A program made the position numbers and the translations under genes. The notes under the pieces were generated by a model. That model was given only the letters and a program-made list of their open reading frames with translations. It was not told the DNA's origin and did no database searches. Shown here piece by piece: positions 13,601 through 24,730 of a DNA stretch of 64,000 nucleotides. Location: positions 124,001-188,000 of the forward strand of contig JBECUI020000029.1 in NCBI GenBank assembly GCA_040954595.2, written 5' to 3'. The stretch is from Balanoglossus misakiensis. Its lineage: Eukaryota > Animalia > Hemichordata. How positions within the stretch are numbered: position 1 is the stretch's first letter; the number at the start of each line of letters is the position of its first letter.

Positions 13601-16103
13601 ATTAATTGTGTACATGCACTAAAGCGCCCTCACTGCTGGGTGTGTTGTATGGTCTTTAACCCTGTTTCAAATTAGAGTACTTTCTGCAATTTCAAGACAG
13701 ATCTTACGTGCCATTGGAGAGCTCCATTGACTGGTCATTCATACTGTTTTCATTCATTCATTGCGGCATCAATATATTTTATCTATTCTAGCCAAAGAGC
13801 TTGGCACCTGTTGAAATGAACTCATCTGCTGTGGGCCAGTTTATTGGTGGCAGTTGAGCTGAGGAGAGCACCTTCCTTCCCGGCACGCCACCAAGTAAAG
13901 TTCCACGCCGCCCACCACAGATGCCAGCATTCATTCATGCGAGTGAGTGTAATTGCAAATTTGCCTATTCTAGATCTGTAATGGAAATGGAGAAAGTACC
14001 TTATATTTTCTGTAAAATAGACATTTAATTGGCAAGCCGTCCTGCATCAATTATTAATTGTGTACATGCACTAAAGCGCCCTCACTGCTGGGTGTGTTGT
14101 ATGGTCTTTAACCCTGTTTCAAATTAGAGTACTTTCTGCAATTTCAAGACAGATCTTACGTGCCATTGGAGAGCTCCATTGACTGGTCATTCATACTGTT
14201 TTCATTCATTCATTGCGGCATCAATATATTTTATCTATTCTAGCCAAAGAGCTTGGCACCTGTTGAAATGAACTCATCTGCTGTGGGCCAGTTTATTGGT
14301 GGCAGTTGAGCTGAGGAGAGCACCTTCCTTCCCGGCACGCCACCAAGTAAAGTTCCACGCCGCCCACCACAGATGCCAGCATTCATTCATGCGAGTGAGT
14401 GTAATTGCAAATTTGCCTATTCTAGATCTGTAATGGAAATGGAGAAAGTACCTTATATTTTCTGTAAAATAGACATTTAATTGGCAAGCCGTCCTGCATC
14501 AATTATTAATTGTGTACATGCACTAAAGCGCCCTCACTGCTGGGTGTGTTGTATGGTCTTTAACCCTGTTTCAAATTAGAGTACTTTCTGCAATTTCAAG
14601 ACAGATCTTACGTGCCATTGGAGAGCTCCATTGACTGGTCATTCATACTGTTTTCATTCATTCATTGCGGCATCAATATATTTTATCTATTCTAGCCAAA
14701 GAGCTTGGCACCTGTTGAAATGAACTCATCTGCTGTGGGCCAGTTTATTGGTGGCAGTTGAGCTGAGGAGAGCACCTTCCTTCCCGGCACGCCACCAAGT
14801 AAAGTTCCACGCCGCCCACCACAGATGCCAGCATTCATTCATGCGAGTGAGTGTAATTGCAAATTTGCCTATTCTAGATCTGTAATGGAAATGGAGAAAG
14901 TACCTTATATTTTCTGTAAAATAGACATTTAATTGGCAAGCCGTCCTGCATCAATTATTAATTGTGTACATGCACTAAAGCGCCCTCACTGCTGGGTGTG
15001 TTGTATGGTCTTTAACCCTGTTTCAAATTAGAGTACTTTCTGCAATTTCAAGACAGATCTTACGTGCCATTGGAGAGCTCCATTGACTGGTCATTCATAC
15101 TGTTTTCATTCATTCATTGCGGCATCAATATATTTTATCTATTCTAGCCAAAGAGCTTGGCACCTGTTGAAATGAACTCATCTGCTGTGGGCCAGTTTAT
15201 TGGTGGCAGTTGAGCTGAGGAGAGCACCTTCCTTCCCGGCACGCCACCAAGTAAAGTTCCACGCCGCCCACCACAGATGCCAGCATTCATTCATGCGAGT
15301 GAGTGTAATTGCAAATTTGCCTATTCTAGATCTGTAATGGAAATGGAGAAAGTACCTTATATTTTCTGTAAAATAGACATTTAATTGGCAAGCCGTCCTG
15401 CATCAATTATTAATTGTGTACATGCACTAAAGCGCCCTCACTGCTGGGTGTGTTGTATGGTCTTTAACCCTGTTTCAAATTAGAGTACTTTCTGCAATTT
15501 CAAGACAGATCTTACGTGCCATTGGAGAGCTCCATTGACTGGTCATTCATACTGTTTTCATTCATTCATTGCGGCATCAATATATTTTATCTATTCTAGC
15601 CAAAGAGCTTGGCACCTGTTGAAATGAACTCATCTGCTGTGGGCCAGTTTATTGGTGGCAGTTGAGCTGAGGAGAGCACCTTCCTTCCCGGCACGCCACC
15701 AAGTAAAGTTCCACGCCGCCCACCACAGATGCCAGCATTCATTCATGCGAGTGAGTGTAATTGCAAATTTGCCTATTCTAGATCTGTAATGGAAATGGAG
15801 AAAGTACCTTATATTTTCTGTAAAATAGACATTTAATTGGCAAGCCGTCCTGCATCAATTATTAATTGTGTACATGCACTAAAGCGCCCTCACTGCTGGG
15901 TGTGTTGTATGGTCTTTAACCCTGTTTCAAATTAGAGTACTTTCTGCAATTTCAAGACAGATCTTACGTGCCATTGGAGAGCTCCATTGACTGGTCATTC
16001 ATACTGTTTTCATTCATTCATTGCGGCATCAATATATTTTATCTATTCTAGCCAAAGAGCTTGGCACCTGTTGAAATGAACTCATCTGCTGTGGGCCAGT
16101 TTA
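1618..16103. repeat. Two copies of a 7243-bp higher-order repeat (20 monomers)
   Basis: Variant monomers recur at 1618, 8861, 16104. Order: 265,452,275,452,274,265,452,274,274,274,274,452,274,274, then 6x452, summing to 7243. The same period holds at 33730 to 40973. Confidence 0.97.
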
Positions 16104-16870
16104 TTGGTGGCAGTTGAGCTGAGGAGAGCACCTTCTTTCCCGGCACGCCACCAAGTAAAGTTCCACGCCGCCCACCACAGATGCCAGCATTCATTCATGC
16201 GAGTGAGTGTAATTGCAAATTTGCCTATTTACGTGCCATTGGAGAGCTCCATTGACTGGTCATTCATACTGTTTTCATTCATTCATTGCGGCATCAATAT
16301 ATTTTATCTATTCTAGCCAAAGAGCTTGGCACCTGTTGAAATGAACTCATCTGCTGTGGGCCAGTTTATTGGTGGCAGTTGAGCTGAGGAGAGCACCTTC
16401 CTTCCCGGCACGCCACCAAGTAAAGTTCCACGCCGCCCACCACAGATGCCAGCATTCATTCATGCGAGTGAGTGTAATTGCAAATTTGCCTATTCTAGAT
16501 CTGTAATGGAAATGGAGAAAGTACCTTATATTTTCTGTAAAATAGACATTTAATTGGCAAGCCGTCCTGCATCAATTATTAATTGTGTACATGCACTAAA
16601 GCGCCCTCACTGCTGGGTGTGTTGTATGGTCTTTAACCCTGTTTCAAATTAGAGTACTTTCTGCAATTTCAAGACAGATCTTACGTGCCATTGGAGAGCT
16701 CCATTGACTGGTCATTCATACTGTTTTCATTCATTCATTGCGGCATCAATATATTTTATCTATTCTAGCCAAAGAGCTTGGCACCTGTTGAAATGAACTC
16801 ATCTGCTGTGGGCCAGTTTATTGGTGGCAGTTGAGCTGAGGAGAGCACCTTCCTTCCCGGCACGCCACCA

Positions 16871-18677
16871 AGTAAAGTTCCACGTGCATTCCTGGCCCTG
16901 GTTTTATTTATGTTTACAGACAATATTGCATTTTTGTACAAGTATTTTAATCAACTATAAATTTTGAATGTGTCATTTACCTGAACCGGTCATGTTGACC
17001 AGAATGATACATTTCTGCCTTCACTCACCCTATAAATATGTGATTGAGACATAGGTCATTTGCATAAGCTAACATACCAGAAAGTAAGCATATCTGTTGT
17101 TTTCCCTGTGTCACTGCCATCAAAGTAAAAATTAGACGTTGTGTAGAGCAAACTCCAATTTTTTGTTCTCAATAAACATGGATGAATTACATAGAATGTG
17201 TTTGTTGTTTACAGTCTTTAAATGACACATTAGATTATGCACTTTACAAAACGTTTCTGAGAAACAAGTGACTAACTAGTTTCTTTCCACTGTGGCCAAC
17301 GTGGTTCACTGTTTGTGTCAGAATCTCTCTGTTTTGCAAGGATTTTGAAATCATAGTGGTGACATGCATAGTGAAAATCAGCTACTTTCAAATGTCCGTC
17401 ATGTTCATGCTGTAATTGAATTTTCAAAGCTGGGCTGGCGTGTTTTTTCTTATTTACATAAGTATCACACTTTATACATGTATCTTCATGGGGTTTTTTG
17501 AGTCCCGTATTTAGGTCCTCTCTCACAATTTTACGAAATATCGTATAACTGACAGTTGTTCTTCCCAGAAGAGATTGGTTGGTTATGAACTCTCGGTGTA
17601 ACTGCGATATACTGTGGGCCGGCGCCAGGTACGGTTTAAATCGAGGATTCCTGCAGTAGTGAGATTCTACAATTCTGTGCCTGCGTACGTGTTCAGTGAT
17701 ATCAGTCAGCAAATTTGGATTGAGTTTCCGACGATGCCCTTTGTGTCGGCCCCTTGCATCTGGCATCAGACCAGTAAAGTTCCATGTGCATTCCTGGCCC
17801 TGGTTTTATTTATGTTTACAGACAATATTGCATTTTTGTACAAGTATTTTAATCAACTATAAATTTTGAATGTGTCATTTACCTGAACCGGTCATGTTGA
17901 CCAGAATGATACATTTCTGCCTTCACTCACCCTATAAATATGTGATTGAGACATAGGTCATTTGCATAAGCTAACATACCAGAAAGTAAGCATATCTGAT
18001 GTTTTCCCTGTGTCACTGCCATCAAAGTAAAAATTAGACGTTGTGTAGAGCAAACTCCAATTTTTTGTTCTCAATAAACATGGATGAATTACATAGAATG
18101 TGTTTGTTGTTTACAGTCTTTAAATGACACATTAGATTATGCACTTTACAAAACGTTTCTGAGAAACAAGTGACTAACTAGTTTCTTTCCACTGTGGCCA
18201 ACGTGGTTCACTGTTTGTGTCAGAATCTCTCTGTTTTGCAAGGATTTTGAAATCATAGTGGTGACATGCATAGTGAAAATCAGCTACTTTCAAATGTCCG
18301 TCATGTTCATGCTGTAATTGAATTTTCAAAGCTGGGCTGGCGTGTTTTTTCTTATTTACATAAGTATCACACTTTATACATGTATCTTCATGGGGTTTTC
18401 TGAGTCCCGTATTTAGGTCCTCTCTCACAATTTTACGAAATATCGTATAACTGACAGTTGTTCTTCCCAGAAGAGATTGGTTGGTTATGAACTCTCGGTG
18501 TAACTGCGATATACTGTGGTCCGGTGCCAGGTACGGTTTAAATCGAGGATTCCTGCAGTAGTGAGATTCTACAATTCTGTGCCTGCGTACGTGTTCAGTG
18601 ATATCAGTCAGCAAATTTGGATTGAGTTTCCGACGATGCCCTTTGTGTCGGCCCCTTGCATCTGGCATCAGACCAGT
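16871..18677. repeat. 902-bp tandem duplication inside the cassette
   Basis: 16871-17775 matches 17773-18677 with a few substitutions. Junction has agt microhomology (gaccagt|aaagttcc vs gaccagt|tgaacag). Confidence 0.95.
17272..17775 (-). pseudogene. 5'-truncated duplicate of the transposase N-half gene (164-aa ORF from an internal Met)
   Basis: Matches the last 164 aa of the 18174-19136 ORF except two residues (D>A, R>K); created by the 902-bp duplication. Confidence 0.75.
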
Positions 18678-19130
18678 TGAACAGTGCATCATTTTGCTTA
18701 GAACGGTTCTAGTCCGCCTCTCACTAATGCCAAATAATTTCAGGAATGCATTTTTGCAGACAGTAACCGTTTCACCGCCTTCATTCACCAGGTGATAACG
18801 AACCGATTTCTTGTGTGACTTCATCTGCATATCCATCAGTTTGTAGAGCATCAAGTTCTGTTCATTATACACGCGACCATCAAAATATTTTCTCGTGGTG
18901 CCTAAAACATGCGTACTCCCAAGCTTCCGCATACAATTCCCTTGAACGCAGGCGCATTCCAAGGAAAGACTGTCAATATCTGGAAAAGGGCGATTTTTCC
19001 TTGGTTTTTGTCTCGGACACGTCTTTTTAGAATTCCTACGTGGCTTGTTGGCTCGAGCTGACAGTTCGGTTCTGCGTTGCTGCCACACAGGAATGGGTTC
19101 CCACGCATAAGCAACTCCCCGGCAGGCCAT
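18174..19130 (-). CDS. Sola1-like transposase, N-terminal half (putative DNA-binding/Zn region)
   Basis: Open ORF with first ATG at 19130. Motifs VCKNAFLKLFGIS, DARGRH, ESHYCR..YL, VSYTIFRKIV...KPHEDTCxxCD...HxxH resemble the N-terminal half of Sola1-type transposases. No catalytic motifs. Confidence 0.8.
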   Translation of the reverse strand: MACRGVAYAWEPIPVWQQRRTELSARANKPRRNSKKTCPRQKPRKNRPFPDIDSLSLECACVQGNCMRKLGSTHVLGTTRKYFDGRVYNEQNLMLYKLMDMQMKSHKKSVRYHLVNEGGETVTVCKNAFLKLFGISERRTRTVLSKMMHCSTGLMPDARGRHKGHRRKLNPNLLTDITEHVRRHRIVESHYCRNPRFKPYLAPDHSISQLHREFITNQSLLGRTTVSYTIFRKIVREDLNTGLRKPHEDTCIKCDTYVNKKKHASPALKIQLQHEHDGHLKVADFHYACHHYDFKILAKQRDSDTNSEPRWPQWKETS

Positions 19131-19177
19131 GGTCACAGCTGAAGTATTTGTTCAAGTACTGACTGACTAAACGCGGC

Positions 19178-20311
19178 ATGGAACAAACGAACGAACGACT
19201 TCACGTTCGGAAAAAAAATCGTTGCGAGCTGTTGGGTGCATGCCTCTATAGTTGTCGGCAACCGTTCTTTTTTATTGCTAAACAATGCTGTCAGAGCATG
19301 GAAGGTGTGGTGGAAAACGAACAGAGGTTTTGTACGACCAACGATTGGATGGTGCTACATATGGACTTCCACAAGTCATTGCCGGTTCCTAAACTCAGCT
19401 CTGAAGACTTTTACTTTAAATCGAAATTGCAAATGAAGCTCCTTGGAATTTACAACGGGACAACGGAAAAGATGCATTGTTATGTATGGACAGAGCTCGA
19501 TAGCAGAAAGTCTCCCGATGAAGTTATTACCTGTCTAAATCACTTTTTTTATAACTCGGGTGTGACCAGCAGACATGCAGTTATTTACAGCGACAACTGC
19601 CGTGCCGAATTCAAGTGTGGGAAGTTAATGTTTTACTATGACTATCTGTTACGAAAGGGCGTGTTTCGACGAATTGACTATAAAACTCTTGTGGCTGGAC
19701 ACACGTACTCCACCTGTGACCGAGTTTTTGCGTCCATTGAAAGGCATGCAAGTCGTTTCCAGAGTATAGAGACACCTCACGATTGGACATCTGTGATTCG
19801 AGGATCTTCTCTGAATGGGAACATTGGAGTTACGGAGATGACTCACAGAGACTTTTTCAATTATTCTGATTTCCTGAAAAATGAGTACGTTGTGCGTTAT
19901 GCAGATACAAACAATGTAACTTTTTACTACCAAGCCATGCACTATTTTAATTTTGGAGAAGGAGAAAGGCTTGATACCGACGGCAACCTCAGAACATTTA
20001 GTCATGCAGATAAAGTTTGGGTGAGAACATCTCTAGATCCAAGCGAGACCCCGATTGTAGTCGACTTTAGAAAGAAGAAGCAGAACCGGCGTTTACAAGA
20101 TTGTACGCTGAACAAACTTTATCAGGAACGTCGACCACTGGCGAGCAAAGTTTGGCGGGATCTTCAGAGTTTAGCCAAAAATTACCTGTCTCCGGAGGCA
20201 ATAGAATTTTATAGGAATCTACCGCTTCAGGAGAGTAGTGGCACCTCTGCAGACCCGTACGCCTTTCATGATGATGACGACGACGATGATGATGATATGG
20301 GCGGTGGTTGA
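19178..20311 (+). CDS. Sola1-like transposase, catalytic DDD half
   Basis: 377-aa ORF (alternative start ATG 19298, agcATGG). Motifs DFHKSLPVP..FYFKSKL, CYVWTE..EVITCL, SDNC, GHTYSTCDRVFASIE; acidic tail. AATAAA overlaps the stop (20311-20316). Confidence 0.88.
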   Translation: MEQTNERLHVRKKNRCELLGACLYSCRQPFFFIAKQCCQSMEGVVENEQRFCTTNDWMVLHMDFHKSLPVPKLSSEDFYFKSKLQMKLLGIYNGTTEKMHCYVWTELDSRKSPDEVITCLNHFFYNSGVTSRHAVIYSDNCRAEFKCGKLMFYYDYLLRKGVFRRIDYKTLVAGHTYSTCDRVFASIERHASRFQSIETPHDWTSVIRGSSLNGNIGVTEMTHRDFFNYSDFLKNEYVVRYADTNNVTFYYQAMHYFNFGEGERLDTDGNLRTFSHADKVWVRTSLDPSETPIVVDFRKKKQNRRLQDCTLNKLYQERRPLASKVWRDLQSLAKNYLSPEAIEFYRNLPLQESSGTSADPYAFHDDDDDDDDDMGGG

Positions 20312-20472
20312 ATAAACTGTCCTTTTCATGACGACAGTGATTTTGGATATTTGATGTGCGTGCACAGTTTATATGTAATATTTTCACACGAACGAGTTTT
20401 GACTGAATTTGATTAAAGAATGTACTCGATAATTAACAAATGTGCTGAATCGTGGTTATTATGTTGTTAATT

Positions 20473-20512
20473 TTTGTTTGTTTGTTTGTTTGTTTGTTTG
20501 TTTGTTTGTTTG
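20473..20512. repeat. (TTTG)10 microsatellite
   Basis: Read directly; same tract at 52503-52542. Confidence 0.95.
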
Positions 20513-20645
20513 TAAACAATTTCCGTTCATTCAACTGGCTACAAAGTTGGATTTTTGTACTGGGAAGCGATAAACTCGCACATCAAAACCGGGGAGACTC
20601 GATCATTTTTCCCTGCAGGTAGCCTGAAAAGCACCCGGGCAGAGA

Positions 20646-20718
20646 TTACGTCATATATGGTCCACTTTAATACGAAATTATGCAAATGTGACATTTCACG
20701 GAAACGGCGTATATAAAA
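20646..20718 (+). promoter_or_regulatory. Putative Pol II promoter of the wH-SET gene
   Basis: CRE-like TTACGTCA (20646), octamer ATGCAAAT (20680), TATAAAA (20712), about 100 bp upstream of ATG 20811. Confidence 0.55.
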
Positions 20719-20810
20719 GCGACCCTGGGCTATTGTTCGGAATGCGTCATCGACGAGAGAGTGACTGATAATTCTTCTACCTCGAGTCAACCATTCTGTA
20801 TATACTGAAC

Positions 20811-22148
20811 ATGGCTAGCTGGCGCAGGAAGAGACAAGGCAATGTGCGGTCTGTAATCAACGAACGGCACCGCTCAGTTCAGTGTCCCTTTCTTCAAAAG
20901 TGGATCGGTGAGCAATTGGTATTTTCAGGTCGTTCAGAGGATGAAGTCCAGTCCAGTACTGTATTTGAGAGCTACAAATGTTGGGTTGAAAACTATTCGT
21001 CGGCGGACAATCAAGTAATGATTATGGTTACTAAAGCTCGATTTTTCAAGGTGAGAATGATCGCATTTTTCTTTCCCCCCCCCCCCCTCCCTCCCTCCCT
21101 CCCCCAAGGGACTCGTTTTCTGTCTCTTTTAAACCTGTAACTTAACGAAAAGGAAGTTTTTCACATATCTCTTCGTTGACACTATAGCAATTTGGAGCGC
21201 GGATGCTTCAAGAGAAGAGCGTTACCAAATCAAAGTCGGCCGGGGTTAATATTTATAGAGGTGTTCGTCTGAAAGCTGGTTCGCGAAGAATCTCAACGGG
21301 GAAACCTGAGCACAGTGTACTTCAGACCAGGGCAAGGGCATTTCTTGATGACGCCAGCGTGACCGTTCCGATCGAGGTAAGAATGGTGTTTTGTTTGGAC
21401 TAGGACAATAGAACGTTGCAATGAGTGTGTCAATGGGTGTCCAAGTGCAAACGTGGTCTGCTTCTGTCCACAAATGCCATTAATTTTTGGCAGGATTTAT
21501 AAAATTGTCAATGAAGAATACAAAAATGAAAAACAACAGTTAATAGCAAACTGGTAGGATTGCAAGGGCTTGTAAAACGGTACACACTGTACCAGGAAGT
21601 TTGCAACACTAATGAAGAATGTATATGATATATTTAGGTGAGAACTGTTCGCGATCGCCGGGACGCAGGACGGTGCGCGTTTTCGACGAGGGATATTCAA
21701 GCCTGGGACGTCGTCTGCGAATACCGGGGCACGGTTATTAGCGTTGAAGAAGCTAGTCGGCGTGATGAGCTTTACAGGGCAGAGGGGAAACGACCACGCA
21801 TGTTCCATCTCTACATTGGAAAGAGACACGTTGTGTGAGTGTATCACTTAGTCGAATATATGGTCATATATTGCAAAGCATCTGTCGAAATAGAAAACGT
21901 AATATTGTCTATATTTTCCTCATTAACGCAGCATTGACGGATACGATGTCCCAGCCGGTGAAGAAAATTTAGCAGGCCTAATAAATCACAGTCAGCAGAA
22001 CGCCAACTTGGTACCGGTTCGGATCGGAGAGCGCCTGGTTTTCTTTGCAACCAGGAATCTTTGTCAGGGAGTAGAGCTTTTGTATGATTACGGTGACGGG
22101 GGTGAAGAGGATTTCTTCAGTGGTTCTCAAACTTTTCCTGAAAATTAA
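20811..22148 (+). CDS. Spliced gene (~280 aa): winged-helix-like domain + SETD8/PR-Set7-like SET lysine methyltransferase
   Basis: Exons 20811-21050, 21188-21376, 21638-21834, 21932-22148 with GT-AG introns joining in frame (phases 0,0,2). SET motifs GRCAFSTRDI..VCEYRG, IDG..NLAGLINHS..N, ELLYDYGD. N-terminal WIGEQL..SSTVFESYKCW..FFKQF..YRGVRLK resembles RFX/D5-C winged helices. Confidence 0.85.
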
Positions 22149-23051
22149 GGCATTAACACATCAACGCTTCGGGGTGTCGTAACGGCGGCGCGGCGGGGGG
22201 GGGGGGGACGTGAAAATGTTTGTATCAGGAACAAAATTCCCGTGCAAATCACCTTGATCCGGGTGGGTGGACTATTCGCGACAAATGTTGAAATCATACA
22301 AAGCATTTTACTTAATTAACCCATTTTTTTCATTTATTTGTTTACAGTTTACAACGTCATAGAGAAGTTGAACTAGAGACTGGATCAGCGTGGGTGACAC
22401 CATAGTACACCAATGTTTTCTTCAGTTTGATTCAATTGTAATTTAAAACTGAGATTGCCTAACGCTTTCCCAGATTTTTTTAACCACTGAGAAACTGTGG
22501 GTTTTTTTCTGGGTTTTGGTGCGAGGTGATCTCAGTCAGTGGTGTTAATTTAATTAATCATTTTCTTTTCCTATTTACGTCGACTGAAATGTATTTTGAT
22601 AGGTGATAGTCATACCATAAAAAAAATCTTACGGCGCGACTGCCAAAATGTACATTTATTTGTCCGTTCCAAGTTATTTTGTGTATGTGTGATGGGTGCC
22701 GGTGACTGTGCAGGGTTGATTTCCCTAGAGCGACTGTTATATTCGTTTTCCAACGATGATGAATTTACATGTTATTTGCTTGGCATTTTGACGCAGAGAC
22801 ACTTCTGAAAACACAAACCTATTAATTATGCCACGGGTGTAAATTGATCACATTAAAAGAGGCTTTAGACGTTTGCCGCGAGCTCCTGGTGGGCAGAATC
22901 TTGTCAGCCCAAATTTGACTATAAGTACATAGCCAATGATGTGACGCTCTCCCACATCCTTCGCCGCGCCTTTTCGCTGATTTACAGCATCTTGCGTAAA
23001 CACTGTCATTTGATCTTGCTTGGCAGAAGTCAACTTGCTCTATACTACATT

Positions 23052-23417
23052 ATGGCGGCCAAGCTCAACTGCATATCAGATAATGCCAAGGAGCGTTTGA
23101 GAGGCATCCTCGCCAGAAGGAGTCGCGTTTCCGGTGACTGTGTGCTCTGGACGGGTGCAGCTTGTCGAAACGGCTATGGCTCTATTACGTTCAGAGATGA
23201 GAACACTCTAACCGCCTATGTCCATCACATTGCACTCCTAATTAACGGAGTGCAATTGGTGGGCAGGCGGTTAGAGTGTTCTCATCTTTGCAACGAAAAG
23301 CTATGCATCCGCCCAGAGCACATTGTCCAGGAAACGCGACTCCTAAACATTTCACGAAAGACGTGCTTTAAATCCCCAAAAGGGGAGTGTCACCACGATC
23401 CCAGGTGCCTAAGGTGA
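23052..23417 (+). CDS. His-Cys box / His-Me finger endonuclease (I-PpoI-like), ~121 aa
   Basis: CVLWTG..NGYG..YVHH..ECSHLCNEKLCIRPEHIVQE...NISRKTC..CHHDPRC matches the zinc-binding His-Cys box pattern. ATG 23052; CCAAT upstream near 22933. A gtgagt overlaps the stop, so a small terminal intron is possible. Confidence 0.85.
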   Translation: MAAKLNCISDNAKERLRGILARRSRVSGDCVLWTGAACRNGYGSITFRDENTLTAYVHHIALLINGVQLVGRRLECSHLCNEKLCIRPEHIVQETRLLNISRKTCFKSPKGECHHDPRCLR

Positions 23418-24395
23418 GTAATCCTCTTCTCATTTGATATGTATTGTGTGACCCTGCAGTTGAAACGCTTTCATCAATAATTTGCGGCGCGTGGGTAATC
23501 TCGGTGTTATTGACAATGCAGCCGGCCCAAACATTTTTAAATTAACACTGTTTCTGACTGTATTAACGAAATGTCCAATTTGCAAGTAGCCTATAGACAA
23601 CCCTTTTGAATGAGTTTTGTCTCGTTGAGATTTTATACATAAGGAACAATCTAGATTTATTTTAGAAGACACTGTTCTTTTAAAACAGCTAGCATAATAC
23701 AGCTAAATTTCGGAATTTCCGGACAATTTTCGGAATTCCTTTTAAATTTGAGAAATTTTTCATCAGATATAAGTGTTACTATTTATTGGACATGTTTTTA
23801 TCATTGTTTACTTTTTAAGGTCATTCTCACCCCCCCCCCCCCCAAAAAAAGCCGCTTTAGGCTTCATGTTCAGTAAAAAATCTGGAAAGTTCAGCTGAAT
23901 TTTACACTGATCACACATTTTTGGGAAGGTCTGGCGCAAAATAAAGGATGACAAATGTAAATCTAATGTCACATTTGTAAACCTCTAAGTATTGTACACT
24001 CATTCTATTAAGTATATGCAAATAGTACGGATAATTTTTTCGGAATGTGGAATTCCGAAATTAGTTCGGAACGTGTTAGCAGTGAAGAGATCACCACTGA
24101 GGGTTGGAAGGCCTTGCCAGAAATTAACGCGTAAAGTACGCCCTCACAGGCCATGTAAACAAGGTCAAATAAGGCCGTCTGGCAAACGAATGATTAATTC
24201 AACGCGCCATTTGAGCCGAGCTGAGTTGGTCTGAGTTGCGTATCACACAGACTTAGGCTGAATGTCAGTGGAGTAACCAGTCCGTTTTAGATTTACCAAT
24301 GATGTGAATTTAATTTCTTCACCCAGAAAAACAGAACACAACTTGTCTGCAACATGATGCTGGAGGTGACACATGACAGAGAAGTGGATCCGCGT

Positions 24396-24730
24396 TGTCA
24401 ACACAGATGCCAGCATTCAAAAGGGGAGTGCCACCTGCTAAAATCAACTCATCTGCTGTTGGCCCATTTTACCTGTGGCAACTGTTCAGAGGAGACAACG
24501 TTTATTCCGTGCAAGCCAACACGCAATGTTGGGGTCTACCTGTCAACACAGATGCAAGCATTCATGTGAGTGAGTATCAGGACTGACCTTGTATTTGCTG
24601 AATAATTCATAATGCCTATTTTAGAATTCTTAGAGGCATTTGGAGTTCATTGCCTGGTCAACCAAACTACACCCCTTAACAGCTGAAACAAAATGCGTAT
24701 TGTGTTCATTCATTCATTGCATCAATATAT
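24396..24730. repeat. Diverged relic of the satellite monomer inside the cassette
   Basis: Colinear matches: acagatgccagcattca, cacctgctaaaatcaactcatctgctgttggcc, gtgagtgagt, tgcctattttagaattctta, ttcattcattcattgcatcaatatat. Confidence 0.85.

Larger units (their letters stand above)
1..16884. repeat. Satellite array 1 (452-bp monomer plus 275/274/265-bp variants)
   Basis: Near-perfect tandem repetition: agccgtcctgcatcaatt recurs at 1, 453, 905 etc. Short variants lack the internal 177-bp segment. The array departs from consensus at 16885 (gttccacg|tgcattcc). Confidence 0.99.

Noticed and set aside
1-16884. CRISPR-like array
   Set aside because: No unique spacers or cas genes; the units are identical long monomers in a eukaryotic context.
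21494-21553. Possible extra 60-nt exon in SET intron 2 (cag|gatttat...ctg|gtagga)
   Set aside because: In the required phase 0 it reads GAT TTA TAA (stop); exon 2 joins 21638 in frame without it. It could at most be a poison exon.
22941-23417. Group I intron / rDNA context for the endonuclease, and the 158-aa GTG-start version
   Set aside because: No rRNA sequence seen nearby; ATG 23052 is the plausible eukaryotic start.
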